A stretch of 64,000 nucleotides of DNA, taken from contig OX597815.1 in assembly GCA_951406725.2 (NCBI GenBank), positions 128,650,001 to 128,714,000 on the forward strand, in the 5' to 3' direction. A program made the position numbers and the translations under genes. This DNA comes from Octopus vulgaris (taxonomy: Eukaryota). The notes beneath the pieces were generated by a model. That model was given only the letters and a program-made list of their open reading frames with translations, was not told the origin of the DNA and searched no databases. Below, piece after piece: positions 49,640 through 64,000 of the stretch. Each line of letters starts with the position of its first letter. Position 1 is the stretch's first letter.

Positions 49640-50510
49640 ATTATTATTGAGCTGGCTGAATCGCTAGCATGCTGGTCAAAATGCTTTAGTGGCATTTCAT
49701 CTGTCTTCACGTTCTGAGTTAAATTTCTGCCTATGTCAACTTTGCCTTTCATCCTTTTTAGGTCGATAAAGTACCAGCAAAACACTGGGGTCGATGTAAT
49801 CAACTAGTCCTCTCCCTACAAATTTCAGACTTTGTGTCTATAAAAGAAAGGATTATTATTATCATTATTAAGGCAGCAAGCTGACAGGAGCATTAGCATG
49901 CCAGACAAAATGCTGAGTGACATTTTCTCCATCTTTACATTCTCAGTTAAAATTCTGCTGATGTCAACTTTGCCTTTCCGTATCAATAAATTAAGTACCA
50001 GTCAAGTACTAGGCTGATATAATTGACTTACCCCCTCACCAACAAATTTTAGGCCTTGTGCCTATAGTAGAAAGGATTATTATTATTATGGCAACCTGGA
50101 TGTCTTGTTACCACACAGGACAATATGCTTAGTAGCATTTGGTCCTTTTATTACAGTCTGAATTCACATTCCACAGAAGTCAACTTTACCTTTCGATCTT
50201 TAGGGGTCAATGAACTAAGTACCAGGGTGACTGTAATTGTCTAGCACTCTCCCATCAAATTTTAGGCCTTTTGTTTATAATAGAAAGGTTTATTGTTGTT
50301 GTTGTTATGGTAGTGGATTAGCACATCAAAGAAAATGCCTGGTAGTATTTCATCTAGCTCAACCTAAGTTCAAATCCTACTGAAGTCAGCTTTACCTTCC
50401 ATCCTTTTAGATTCAATAAAATTGTCAGTCAGGACAAGGGTCAGTGTAATCAACTAGTCCCTTTCTCTCAAAAATTGCTACCCTTGTGCCTTAGCAGGAA
50501 TTATTATTTA
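49640..50510 (+). mobile_element. Tandem array of 4 family-B SINEs
   Basis: Units at about 49645, 49870, 50088 and 50308 with (ATT)/(GTT) linkers. Confidence 0.9.
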
Positions 50511-51829
50511 CTCCTGGAGAAGTAAAAGCCAGCTCTACAATCTTTGTCAGATTTGAACTTGGAATTGATGTAAATAAATAACAGCAATTTTCCACTGTTT
50601 CTACCCCCAGACCATCCTTGTTTATTTAATTTACAAGCAAGATATATGTTTGATTGACAAACTCCTTCCTTTCTGATATCACACTCAGTTAGTAGGAGAC
50701 AAATAAGTAAACCATTTCTAGTTTGAGTTAGTGAGTCATCATCACCAAGTAAGTTTTCAAATGACTAATCTCATGTTATTGGTCCAGTCAGATGCTAGTT
50801 TCTAAAGCCCACCTACAGCAGCAACAATTTCACACCTTTAGGCCACTACAAGGCTGTGTTTTATCCTTTCCTTTGATTCTATTGTTATTAATTAACAGTC
50901 ACCTCTGCTATTAAAGAACTTCCATGGCTCTAACATTTGTAAAATAATAAATACCTGTTAATGCAGAAGTAGACATTATCAAAATTCATACGCCTTGCCT
51001 CTTGGCAGAATTCGACTATTAATAATAAAAAGGGGCGTGGCTGTGTGATAGGTTACCACCCTCACAATCCTACTGATTTGATAATTATTCCACCCTCCTT
51101 TATCTTCCTTACAGTAGATGAGAAAGATAACTTCATTGTGTAAACGCATAGTGTTATTAATAAGAATGAGGTTATTTGACAGTGTTGGATGGGGGAAAAA
51201 TAATACGCACACACACACACATGCGTGTGTGTGTGTGTATATATATATATACACACACACACACATACACACATACATGTATGTATGTATACACGCTGTT
51301 TAGTAATATCTGCAGCCTATGACATTATTACTTTGTCATACTTCCATTCATTTATAAGAATAGTGGGGATGGGTAATTGAGTGTTATACTAAATGTGTTG
51401 CAGTATTTATTTCTAAGTTCAAACTGCACTAGAAACCTAATTTTGTTTTTAAATGTTTTTTTTTTTTTTGAAATTTCTCTCTCTCTCTTACATGATGACC
51501 AATAGAAAGAACTGCTAATAATACAAGTCACCAAGGTGTTTTTTTTTTTTTTTTTTTGAAAGGCCCTGTTAGACTGGTAAAACATGTACCATTAATGGTC
51601 TTCTTGAGTCTTTATGAAAATAGCAGTCAAGTTTTCCTGAAATCACATAATTCTGTGTGAGATAGATATTGCATAATCTAGCACTAAATATAATGACTAA
51701 AAAAAAAAAAAATGATTGCAATTTCAATGTCTTTAGTCATGTTCAGTTATGACTAGCCTGGAGTTAAATATCAACAACAACTACTACTACCACTAGTAAC
51801 AAAATATAGAGTTGATTCTCATTTCATAT

Positions 51830-52295
51830 ATTTTGGCACAAGGTTAGCAGTTTTTGAGGGAGTAGGTAAGTTGATTACATCAAGCCCAGTTCTTGATTGG
51901 TATTTATTTTATTGACCCTGAAAGAATAAAAGGCAAAGTTAACCACAGCAGAATTTGAACTCAAAATGTGAAGGGCCAGAAGAAATGCCTCTAATCATTT
52001 TGTCTGACATACTAACCATTCTGCTAGCTTGCTACCTTATCAACAACAACAGTAATAATTGTTGTTGTTGCTACGATTTCTAATTCAGGCCTAAGGCCAG
52101 CAATTTTGAGTGGATGGGTTTAGTTGATGACATCAACTCCAGTCCTTGACTTGTATTTTATTTTATCAAACCCAGAGAAATGAAAGGCAAACTTGAATTT
52201 GGTGGGATTTGAACTCAAAATACAAAGAATCAAAACAGATACTGCAAAGCAGTTTTTTTTTCTCACGATGTAACAATTCTGTCCTATCCACCTCC
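51830..52295 (-). mobile_element. Two tandem family-B SINEs
   Basis: Family-B core occurs twice. Confidence 0.85.
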
Positions 52296-52805
52296 CTCAC
52301 AATAATGATTTCTTAATATTGATAAAGAAGAAAGAAAGAAAGAAAGAAATAGAAAAATACACAATCAAAAATCAATAGTTATCTTTTACTCATTTCTTCA
52401 GGGTTATGTCAGCTAACTCATCTGTTTTCAAACATGCTCAGTATCCAGGTTAACATGGATCAGCAGTTGCAACTGCTGTTGCACTAGTTAGCAACCACTG
52501 CACATATTAATAATTGAAGAGTCTATAACTGTCTAGCTTGCTTAATATTCTGTTTTCTAACAACACACTCCACCATCCAGTACAGTTTACTACCACGACA
52601 TGACGTGCATTTATTATACACATTACATTGCATGTTACCATAGTAATTGGTAGTTTTTAGTCTGGCTATGGATCTGGTGCTATTAAATTCTCAGCAGTAC
52701 TAAGTGTAATGATGGTTACTAAGAATTTCTGTTACAGTTGGCATTATTTAAATTTTATTATATTACAGGTATTTAGTTTTGTCTCTCTCACCTCTCTCTC
52801 TCTCT

Positions 52806-53665
<860 letters not shown>

Positions 53666-53779
53666 TCTCTCTTTATCTATCTATCTATCTATCTACAGTT
53701 CATCTGACAGACTTCCACATAGTTTCCACCTACCCAGTTTTGTTCAGACTATATTAAAAAAAAAAAGATGAGAAACTGG

Positions 53780-54100
53780 TACTCTGTCATCTATAACAAC
53801 ACATCTTCCTGTTGGTCCAATTAACAAAATAGCCTGTTTGTGAAATTAATGTGCAGGTTGCTGAACACTCCACAGATACATATACCCTTCACATAGTTCT
53901 CAGGGAGATTCAGTATGACACGGAATGTGACGAGGCTGGCTCCTTTGAAATAGAAGTACTGCTCTTTTTGCCAGTTGAGTGAACTGGAGCAACCTGAAAA
54001 TAAAGTGCATAGCTAAAGGACATGATGTGCCCCAGGAATCGAATTGCTGACATTATGATTGTGAATTTAATACCCTAAACCACTAAGCCATGCACTTTCA
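53780..54100 (-). mobile_element. CORE-like tRNA SINE, family E
   Basis: Reverse complement of 57762-58025. Confidence 0.8.
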
Positions 54101-54779
54101 CAGCTATCGTAAAGACACTTGCCCAAGATACCACTGACTTGGATTGAATTTAGGACCTTATGATTGCAAAACAAACTCCTTAACTACTTGGTCATGCCTG
54201 CATCCACACGTGTAAATGGGCTTCTTTCAGTTACCATTTACAAAATCAGTTCACAAGGCCATTGTCATCTCAGGGCTTGGGTAGAAAACAATTGCCTCAG
54301 GTGACACCCATTGGAACTGAAACTAAATCATCCCTATGGTTGCAAAGCAAATTTCTTTACTACAGAGCTTATCTCTCTACCCAATTCTTGCAGCCTACCC
54401 AAACACTTCATCTCTCTTCTACCCTCTGTCAACAGTATCAGTACTACCCCAGGCTTACCCAAACACATCTTGTCTCTTCTATCCACCCCACCCCTTTCAA
54501 TGGTATCATAACCACCCTACTGCTGATGTCCCTGTAGCCCCTCCCCCTGCAGTTTGTGCACCTGCTTCCCCAATCTTTACAGATGTTGTGTCTGCTTCCC
54601 TAATCTTTATAGATTGCCTAACTCTCTCTCCCATCTTCCCTATCTTTTCCTCTATACAATCTTGTAACCCCCCCACCTGCTACTACCTCTGCTACCTGAG
54701 GTTCCACGTAGACACCTCATCACCATTGTCGATTTCCTTGGAGATAATTCTAATTCATTGCAACATCACCCCTTCCTGT

Positions 54780-55000
54780 ATTTGTTGACTTGCATGCTTC
54801 AATGTGTACCAGTGTCACAAAAAATGTTTCCAGTGCACATTGTAAAGTGGTTAATGTTAGGAAGGGCATCCAACCACAGAAACCATTCCCAAGTTGATAC
54901 TGGAGTATGATGCAGTCCTTTGACTTATCAGATTCTTGTCAAATCATCCAACCCATGCAACATGGATGTTAAATAATGGTAATGATGATGATGATGATAT
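54780..55000 (+). mobile_element. RTE-tail element 3' end
   Basis: gttaggaagggcatccaacc...aacccatgcaacatggatgttaaa followed by (gat)n. Confidence 0.8.
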
Positions 55001-55105
55001 GAATGTATGTCTAAAGGCACATTTAGAGAGGCCACTTTTAACGGTGAAACTTGAGCGTAATTATCAGTATTAATATTATTATTACTCATACACTCACACA
55101 TGCAT

Positions 55106-55144
<39 letters not shown>

Positions 55145-55164
55145 AACCTACATATATGTGGATA

Positions 55165-56395
55165 TAGGATGAGGTGGTGAAGACTGACCTCAAGATGTTG
55201 CAACTCATGGAAAACATGATAAGGAGTATGACGAGTGACAATACGTGGGGCTGAAAAAGACCCAAATATCTGTGCAAATGTAACAAAATGTACATTAAAA
55301 TGGAGGCTGTAGTGGAAACTAGGATATCCAACATATATCTACATTTGGGCAGTTTACTCATTTTGGGCCTGTTAAGTCTCCTTCTACTAACCCTCCTTGC
55401 ATTTTACTATCCTCTCATCTCTATAACTCCCCTCTGGACTATTAACTCCCATTAATTAAAGATATAATTTCATATCTGTCTGTTCTCAATCACCCACTAC
55501 CATCATCTGTATTTCTCTACCTCTCTCTCTTCTTCACATCATGATATTTGAGTAATGAGGGCTTGCATCAACTGTTTTGGTATCCAATACAACACTTCAC
55601 CATTTAACCTTCTCTAATGCTAGCCATTACTCCCTCTCTCCAATATCATCTCATTGCCATCCATCATTCTTTTACCATTGCCCATTTCCACAATTATCCA
55701 TCATTCAAACTTTCTTCTGTTCTACTAGCCACCACATCTACTTGCTCAGTTTACTTGTTATTGACATCCATCAAACTGTCTTACCAACAAACATGCAGCT
55801 ACTATTAGTATTTGTTTCATTATTTACCGTTTTCTATTATCTGCTTTCTCTCACATTATACCATGCAATTGCAGCCACTCTTTCATTAATCTATCTAGCA
55901 GTATCACTCCCCCTCCCCAACTCTCTTTCTCTCTCTCTCTCTCTGTTTCCATATTATACTCTCATTTCTTCTTCATCTTTACCAGAGGTCATTGTGTACA
56001 GATGTTCTCCCTTCTCTTCGATCTATTGGTCACAATGCCTTGAACTAACAGAAAATGTAGAGTAGTAAGGACTCCTTTGTCTTGCTGCACACAAAGTAAA
56101 CTTGTTCTGCTGTCACAGTAAAATGCACTTAGTCCACTGTATGTGGTGCTTAGTATTCAAGTCGAGAGGATGTAAGGTCAAGATGACCCTTAGTCTTGTC
56201 TTGTTGAGGACTTGGAAACCTCTTTTTAAAATGGTTGATGACAGGAAAGGCATCAAGCTGTAAACGAAGTTCAAAAAAGGAAAATATAAGCAAGACTTGA
56301 TCCTGCTACCTGTTACTCTGAACAAGAATTAACTTTGGCTGTCACAACCTATCAAACACACGTCTGTACAGAAAGCAGGCTTAAAATGATAATGA
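55165..56395 (+). mobile_element. Old RTE LINE 3' remnant (ORF2 end, pyrimidine-rich UTR, tail)
   Basis: gatgaggtggtgaagactgacctcaagatgttg = DEVVKTDLKML, similar to DEMVKHDLRTL at ~915. A degenerate tail gacaggaaaggcatcaagctgtaa lies at 56240. Continuity between the two ends is inferred. Confidence 0.5.
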
Positions 56396-56599
56396 TCGTG
56401 TGTGTGTGTGTGTGTGTGTGTATACATATATATCTGTGTGTGTGTGTGTGTATATACATACGTGTGTGTGTATATGTGACTGATGTGTGCCAAATCCCTT
56501 ACAATATAACTAGTTGTGATTTTGAAGGGACTGTCCTACTATGACTATTCCTGCTGTGGTATTGCTTTTTTATTCCCCTCCCCACCGTCGTTACTGTTA

Positions 56600-56820
56600 T
56601 CATGCTACTGCAGATGTATTACCATAATGCAGTTGTTACCATGGTAATATTGTTCTATAGTATTGCCATTGCAATAGTGTATTGCAGTTGTTGCTATGAT
56701 ACTGTTGGTACATTACCATATTGCAGTTGTTGCCATGATACTGTTGTTATATTACCATATCACAGTTGTTGCTATGGTGTTGTAACATTTCCATATTGCA
56801 GTTGTTGCGATAGTTGATGG
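56600..56820. repeat. ~39-bp minisatellite
   Basis: ccatattgcagttgttgc.atgatactgtt repeated about 5 times. Confidence 0.85.
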
Positions 56821-57200
56821 TATTGTACTGAATTTTGGTTGTGTGGTTAAGCAGTTCACCTTGTAACCATATGGTTTTGGGTTCAGTTCCTCTGCATGAC
56901 ACTTTGAGTTATATTTTTTGTTTTTTAACCATAGATTTAGGTTACTCGGTGCCTTGTGGCTAAATGTGATAGACAAACTGTACTGAAGCCCATCATAGAT
57001 GTGTGTGCATTTATATGTATATATGTGCATGTGTATATGTATACATGTGTGTGTAGATATGTATGTATGTATGTATATGCATGTATGTGTATATGTATGT
57101 ACATGTATATATATATATGCCTGTATGTAAATGTATATATGTGTATGTATATATATATATGTATGTGTGCATGTATGTGTGCATATGCATGTATATGTAT

Positions 57201-57244
<44 letters not shown>

Positions 57245-57249
<5 letters not shown>

Positions 57250-57410
57250 GAAATTTATAGAAAAACGAAAGATAAAGACAGGTGTATAAACAACAAGCAA
57301 GCATTAGTTTGACACTTAGGAAAATGAAAAAGTCCTTTACATTTCGAGCTTACATGCTTCAACAAAAAGGAATAAGAGAAAATAAACAGAGACAGAATGA
57401 AAAAAAGCTT
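57245..57410 (-). mobile_element. Probable Penelope-like terminal remnant adjoining (TA)n
   Basis: Minus strand ttgttgaagcatgtaagctcgaaatgtaaagg, a decayed tgaNga..gaaa motif. Confidence 0.4.
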
Positions 57411-57761
57411 GTAGATTTGTATGTATACATGTGTGTATGTCTTCGGTTTTGTGTGTCTTCATGTTCACACCATTTCAGTAGCAGTGTCATTTTTTGTCTT
57501 GCATAACCAACATGTCCTAGCAGCTGATAAAAAGGCCAGTGGAACACATGGCTTGGAAAACTAGGTTTAGCACCCAGAAGGGCATCTCATGTCTCATCTA
57601 ACTCATATCAGCATAGGAAAAACAGACATAACAATGGTGATGGTGGTGGGGCTGGCAGTGAGTGGTGTGTTGGTCATTTAGAGTTAAATCAACACTGTAT
57701 CAGATGTACGGTCAAAGGCATTCTAGACGTGACCATGTTGTTTTTATTTCGTTATATTTTA

Positions 57762-58025
57762 GTGAAGGCACATGACTTAGTGGTTAGAAAATTTGGGACA
57801 GCATGTTGTGTCCATTGCTTCAGACCATACAGCTAGCAAAAGTGAGTTGTACCTTTATTTCAAATGGCCAGCCTCATCAAATTCTGTTTCATGTCAAATC
57901 TCTCTGAGAAGGATATTAAGGGTACATGTGTCTGTGGGTGCTCAGCCACCTACATGTTACTTTCATGAGCAGGCTGTTCCATTGAACAATCTTGGAACAC
58001 TCGTTGTCATAACCGATGTAGTGCC
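57762..58025 (+). mobile_element. CORE-like tRNA SINE, family E (internally deleted)
   Basis: gtgaaggcacatgacttagtggttag head; homologous to 53780-54100. Confidence 0.75.
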
Positions 58026-58489
58026 CAGCCATCTAAGATGACCTTATGTCCTTTCCACATTTGAGATGGTAATGTGGGGCTGTATAGTAGTGAGTAGATA
58101 TAAGCATCTTGTTTCCCTCACCCTTGACTTGGTGGATCATCAAACATCTCACAGTAGGGGAGAAAATGAGCTCCACCAGCACTAGGCTGGAGATTATTTT
58201 CAGCTAAGTAAACTGAGGCAATGTGAAAAGAAGAACCTTGCTCAAGGACTCAATCCACTGCCCCATGTCTTAGAAACTGATAACCACAAACTTAGCACCC
58301 TAATTGATAGGCACATACCTTCACATTTTACAGTGATAGTGACTAATAATAAGAGCAATTCAAAAGAGCAGGTAAAAAATTTTTTCAGCTGTTTACATCA
58401 ACGCCTGTATGACAGTGGTGATTGTTTAAAACTGTAACATAATTTCGAGACACAGGTGCATACGCATATACGTACATGCATGCATTTAT

Positions 58490-59800
58490 GATACGCTTCT
58501 TTCAGTTTACATATACCAAATCCATTCACAAAGGTTTGGTCATCCCAGAGCTATAGTATATGACACTTGCTCAAGGTGCTATGCAGTGAGATTGAACTGA
58601 AGCCCACATGATTATGAGGCAAACTTCTTAACCACACAGCCACACCCATATGCTTGTCACTTTTCATGGAGAACGCTTTGTAACTAAGATGCACTGTAAT
58701 TTAAGAAAGTATTTATTTTCTATTTTTCTTTTCCAAATTAAAAATGGTAATATTACCTTCATTTTCCTGTTTTCACTTAAGCTTACATTTATTTATATAT
58801 TAGTTTTTTTTTTTCTTTTTTTTTATTGAAGGATGGCACTTAAAAGCAATTTTAAAAAAGAATCTCTTCTAGGCACAGGCATGGCTGTGCATGGCACCTT
58901 GGACAAGTGTCTTCTATAGCCTCAGGCTGACCAGACTTTGTGAGTGGATCTGGTAGATGTAAACTGAAATAAGCCTGTTATGTGTATGTGTCTTTGTGTC
59001 TGTGTTTATCCCCACCACCTCCATCACTTGACAACCGATGTTAGTGTACTTATGTCCCTGTAACTTAGCAGTTCAGCAAAGAGACCAATAGAATAAGTAC
59101 CAGACTTACAAAGAGTAAGTTCTGGGGTCGATTTCTTCAACTAAAAAGCCATGCTCCAGCATGGCTGCAGTTAAATGACTGAAACAAGTAAAAGAAAAGA
59201 ATAAAAAAAATACTGATGGCACTAGTAGAGACAGACAGATTGGAATTAGAGAATGGCAGATGGGATATTTTATTATTATTTCTTTGGTGTCTCAGACTTC
59301 TGCATTCAAATTCTACTGATGTTGATTTTGTATTTTTCTATTCTGAAGCCAGTAAACTTTCCATCTGCAGCCAATGTTGTTTGTTCTTATTCATATGTAA
59401 ATCTTTTACTTGTTTCAGTCATTGGACTGCAGCCATGCTGAGGCATCTCCTCCAAGGGATTTCACCCTAATACATATTCTCTTTAAGTCTGGTGCTTATC
59501 CTGTTGGCCTCTTTTGCAGAACCACTAAATTTTGAGCACACACACACACACAAACCAACACTGATTGTTGGGTGGTTGTACGGGACAAACGCAAAGACAC
59601 AGATATACATATATATTATGTATATATGCATACACACACACACACACACATGTATACACAATGAGCTTCTTTCAGTTTTTGTCTATGAAAATTACTCATA
59701 AGGTTTGGTCAGCCCAGGGTCATGCAGTGAGACTGAACTGGAACCATGTGGTATGTCATTGGGAAGCAAACTTCTTACCACATGGCCACACTTGCACCTA
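58490..59800. mobile_element. Three family-A SINEs (- 58490-58650, + 58872-59205, - 59402-59800)
   Basis: Family-A matches in alternating orientation. Confidence 0.85.
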
Positions 59801-61268
59801 TATACTTAAATGCTGAAACTGTTGTTTTTGTTATTGTTTGGTGACAACCCTACCTCCTCCTCACTGTCAACTCTGTTTTTGTAAAAACTTGTGACATGAT
59901 GTTTAGCTAATTACAAATTGTTTGTTCAGTATTCCAGCTGAAGACATATTTTGGATATTCTCTCCTCCTTGCCACCAAGATTTAACACTTAAACATGTGG
60001 CTTTCATTTTCAAATCAACAAATATGTTAGGGGCCAACAAAGGAACTATGAATTAGTATTATGCTTATTAAGCTAATGTTTGAAACAAATTAACATGAAA
60101 TTTTGATGGACGGTTTTAATTTAGATCACTCTAAAGCAGGAAGTTTATTTCATAGAACTAGGAGCAGTCTTATACAGGTTGGTATCTCTTCCTCTCTTGA
60201 AGAACTTCAGTGAATGTAAGTACTGTAGGGTATGGTGGGGAAGCTCTTGATAATCTGAATCTTTAATGCAAAATCAATTCCTAGTGGAGCCATAACCTTT
60301 CCCTTCATTCTTCTACCTACAATTTCTGGCTGTTGTCAGTCAGTAACTTAGAAATTGTTTGGTTGTGCTAGACTGATTTGTCCATGAACTACAACATTAC
60401 TATGAATCTTGAGATGGTGACCCAAATGAGCCATTGAAGGTTACAGGATAATATCATGTGTTAATTAAAAAAAAACACCCATCAGTTCACTAGTGCTGAC
60501 ACAGTAAGTACAGCTGTGAACTTACTTTTCCTGTGGTACCTATTTTGTGGCTAAGTGGACTGAAGGTTTTAAGATTTAAGTTTCTTAGCCAGAAACACAG
60601 CAGTCTGCCTGTGACAAAAGAAAATATAACATGAGGGCCATTAAACCAGTGAAGCTAGCAAATTAACAACCCAGATGTTTATAATTCTCTTCCTTATAAC
60701 AGCTCACAATATAACTAAATAGAGCATGTATGAGGACATTGTTCACACACTCACTCACTTTGTAATACTATATGCCCTATTTGAAGTATGACTTAAATAG
60801 AGCAAATGTTTAGATTTATTCATTTTTTTAATGGATATTTATGAAGCATAAACTTGAAATAATAAAATAAAAAAAAACACAGATATTTTAAATCTTATTA
60901 AACCTAATTTGCAACTGCTAGAAAGTTTTTTTTTTGCCTTGTGAGGCCTAGCAGTACTGCTTGACAGGCCAATAACATGATAGTGCTACTGTTAATAACA
61001 ATAATAATAAAAAGAATGGTTTCTGAAGGTCAGCAATTTTAAGGAGAAGGTATTAGTCAATACTATCATCCCCAGTACTTAACTGGTACTAAATTTTTAC
61101 CAGCTTCAGAGAGATGACATGCAATGTTGATCTTTAGGAAATCTGATCTTGCCAAAGGCCATAATTAAATCATGCAAATTAGCATCCCCATGTGAACCCT
61201 CATTACAGTGAAGTATACTGGTGGAGAAGCCTTTTCTTCATGTGTTTCTCTTGTCGATGATCTAGGCT

Positions 61269-61303
<35 letters not shown>

Positions 61304-62151
61304 TTGTCATCTTTCTCCAGTCTTTCCTCCCACGTTCACAAAATAATGAGATGTCACTGCTGTTATAGCCTCTGTTCGGTTTTGTGCTAGGGTCAGAGAC
61401 TCTTCAGCTTTTTGATACTCTACCTCTTTGTTGGCCTCTGTCACTGGGCATCAGTTGATTTCTTCCATTCTGGCTGTCCTTAGCTTTGCTGCCATGATTT
61501 TCACCCCCAAAGCTTACTGGTATTTTTGCTGTTTCTGCTGTTGACCCTTGTAAGATCTAGAACCATGGAGTTTTCAATGTAATCTATCTAAAAGAAAAGC
61601 TGTTTCCTTAAGAGGGCATTGTCTTTTGGGACATAATTCTTTACTTATATAACCTTTTCTGAAGTTGACTCCTATCCAGTGTTTCCCTCTGACTCACTAT
61701 GCCAGCAAAAGATATACAGCTAATATGGTTACCTTTTGTTAATTTTTAGCATTTTACCTTATTTGTTTTATAAAGTGTAAAACTTTGTATTTAGTAAAGT
61801 ATTTGTTTGAATTGCCATTTTTTCTATTTATTTTTGAAGTTTGTTTTTGCTTTGTTTGCAACAGAATTTTTAAAAAAATCTTTGGGTGCATATTCATTGC
61901 TACCACCTTTGTGGCTAGTCCCTCTTCCTGCTCCCTCAGAGTTGGCTATCTTGAAACACTAGTAAACAATGATGGGAAAATATCTTTAGACTAACCTTGT
62001 ATTTTTCACACCAGAGTAATAGATTTGATGCTCAAATTTTCTAAAGCTTTTTGTTTGCAAAATAAACCAATCACTTTTTACAAGTAAATAATGGTAAAAT
62101 ATAATTATTTTCCTGTTTGTTAATTGCATACAACAGCCACAATAAAAATAA

Positions 62152-62840
62152 TTGTTTCTAATTTGGGCACAAGAGCAGTAGTTTGAGGGAAGGGGTGTAG
62201 TTCATTAAATTGACCCTGATACATGACTGGTACTTTATTTCATCAACCTTGAAACAATAAATAGCAAAATTGACTTCGGTGTGATTTGAACACAGAACGC
62301 AATGTCAAAACAAAGGCCAAAAAGCATTTTTAGCGATACTTTTACAATTCTACCCATCCATTGCTCTGACGATGAAAGTAATAATAGTTTCAAATTTTAG
62401 CAGAAGGTCAGCTATTTTGGGGGAGGAGATAAGTCGATCACATTGACCCCGGTGCTCAATTGGTATTCATTTTACTGACCCCAAAAAGATGAAAGGCAAA
62501 GTCAACCTTGGAAGAATTTGAACTGAGAGCAAAAGCAGATGAAAAGCTGCTAAGCACATTACCTGGTATGCTAATGATTCTACCAGGTCATTGTTTTAAT
62601 AATAATAATAATAATAATAGCAGCAATAATAATTCTTTTTAACTTTAGTCACAAGGCCAGCACTGTTAGTAGGAGAGGATTAATCAATTATATCAAACCC
62701 CAGTATTTAACTGGTACTCTATTTTATTTATTCTGAAAGGCTGAAAAGGTTAAGTTGGCCTTGGCAGAATTTGAACTCAGAACTTATAAGCAAAAACACT
62801 GCTAACCATTTCTTCTGATGCTGTAATATTTCTGCCAAAA
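62152..62840 (-). mobile_element. Tandem array of 3 family-B SINEs
   Basis: Tails at about 62155, 62387 and 62635. Confidence 0.85.
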
Positions 62841-63289
62841 AAATTCAAGAGGAAGAAAGATACACACAGTCCCTTTTAGGTTCTGTTTAACTAGGGAGTA
62901 GGGATGATAACTGCTAGTACAGTTGTTCTCTTGATGTGTTCAGTAATTTGAATTGTAGCAGACTTGAGTTAGAGCAGAGTGAGGGGAATAGAAGGTAGGG
63001 ATTTCCTGCGAGGGTTGGGTAAAAAGTGTTTAAACAAAATGTTTTATTATGGTCGGGAGGGCTCTGCGGGATTAAATACCATGACGGTCACACTAACAGA
63101 TAAGGTGGGTGCACCAAGAGGGGATTTAGGTTAGCAGTCATGTAGTTTGTTGTATTGAGTAATTGCCACTATTAAACAATATGGCTGAGGGAAAATACCT
63201 CTGGGGAGCATGCTGCATACTAAATACAAATACAGTATTGACTTTGTTAGTGCAGTTTTCACCATGGTTTAGCATAGGCATCTGCAACT

Positions 63290-63890
63290 ACAGTATGTGT
63301 GTGTAGTTGTGCATGCTGTTTGCATTCATGTGTCTGCATAAATGTCTCTGTGTATGTGTGTATTTGTCTGCAAGTATATGTGTGTCATTGAGTGTGTCTG
63401 CATACGTGTATGTGTGTCTGCATGACTGTGTACGTGCTAATGTATGCAGGAGTGTATAAATGAATCTGTATATAACTGAGAAGGGTTTATAGCATTGCAC
63501 TATTTGTATGATTATATATTTGGTATAAAGCCATGCATACAAGCATGCATGATTTTGTCTGCTATTAAATTGTCTACTTGCATACTCTTGCACCCCAAAG
63601 GATGCATGTATTTCTTTGTATAAATGAATTCTTAAACTGTGTATGCACACCCATGAACTCATGCATCTTTTTGTCTGCTCTTAAATTATTGTGCACACAC
63701 ACCTGCATATATATGCATGCTGTTTGTATTAGTGTTCTTAAATTGTGTATGTATGTACACTAGTTTGCATACACAGTTATTCATCTGTTTGCTCTTAAAT
63801 TGTATTTGCGTACACATACACATACATTGTGCGTGATTTTGTCTGCATTACTTTGCACTTAAATTGTATGTGTGTATACATCCATTCTCT

Positions 63891-63926
<36 letters not shown>

Positions 63927-64000
63927 CTTGTCTTTGTTAATGTGATCCTAAGGTGTGTATGTGCATTATTTTGCTCTTAAATTGTGTGCATACACTCATG
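63290..64000. repeat. Degenerate minisatellite with core tcttaaattgtg in a TG/TA mosaic
   Basis: The core recurs about 7 times between 63555 and 63990 and runs off the window end. Confidence 0.8.

Noticed and set aside
51115-51143. Possible terminal exon VDEKDNFIV* (PDZ-like end)
   Set aside because: Only an acceptor supports it, and short open frames after an AG are expected by chance.
61865-61885. 21-nt microexon candidate EFLKKSL
   Set aside because: The acceptor is good but the donor (GTGCAT) is weak and the body is low-complexity A/T.

Overview
AT-rich, repeat-saturated animal genomic DNA. The SINE, RTE and microsatellite repertoire resembles what I recall from octopus (coleoid cephalopod) genomes, but this is from memory and not a database match. 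There is no complete gene, rRNA, tRNA or CRISPR array, and almost every ORF in the track is a repeat or microsatellite artefact. The window looks like the intron(s) of a large gene or an intergenic tract. Firm content: (1) a 5'-truncated RTE-clade LINE (775-1720) and many non-autonomous elements sharing its 3' end; (2) a decayed R4/Dong-type non-LTR retrotransposon with CCHC knuckle and restriction-like endonuclease (44662-45840) sitting in a (TAA)n tract; (3) several tRNA-derived SINE families, one forming same-orientation tandem arrays with alternating tail types; (4) hAT-like, piggyBac-like and hairpin-ended non-autonomous DNA elements; (5) Penelope-like remnants, including decayed hammerhead-like motifs; (6) many micro- and minisatellites. 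Tentative content: a 72-nt symmetric + strand exon (20284-20355), several possible microexons, and two local templated-insertion scars. I found no well-supported wholly novel system. The best leads are the heterodimeric SINE arrays, the templated insertions and the possible microexon-rich host gene. Family letters A, A', B, C, E and F are my own labels.
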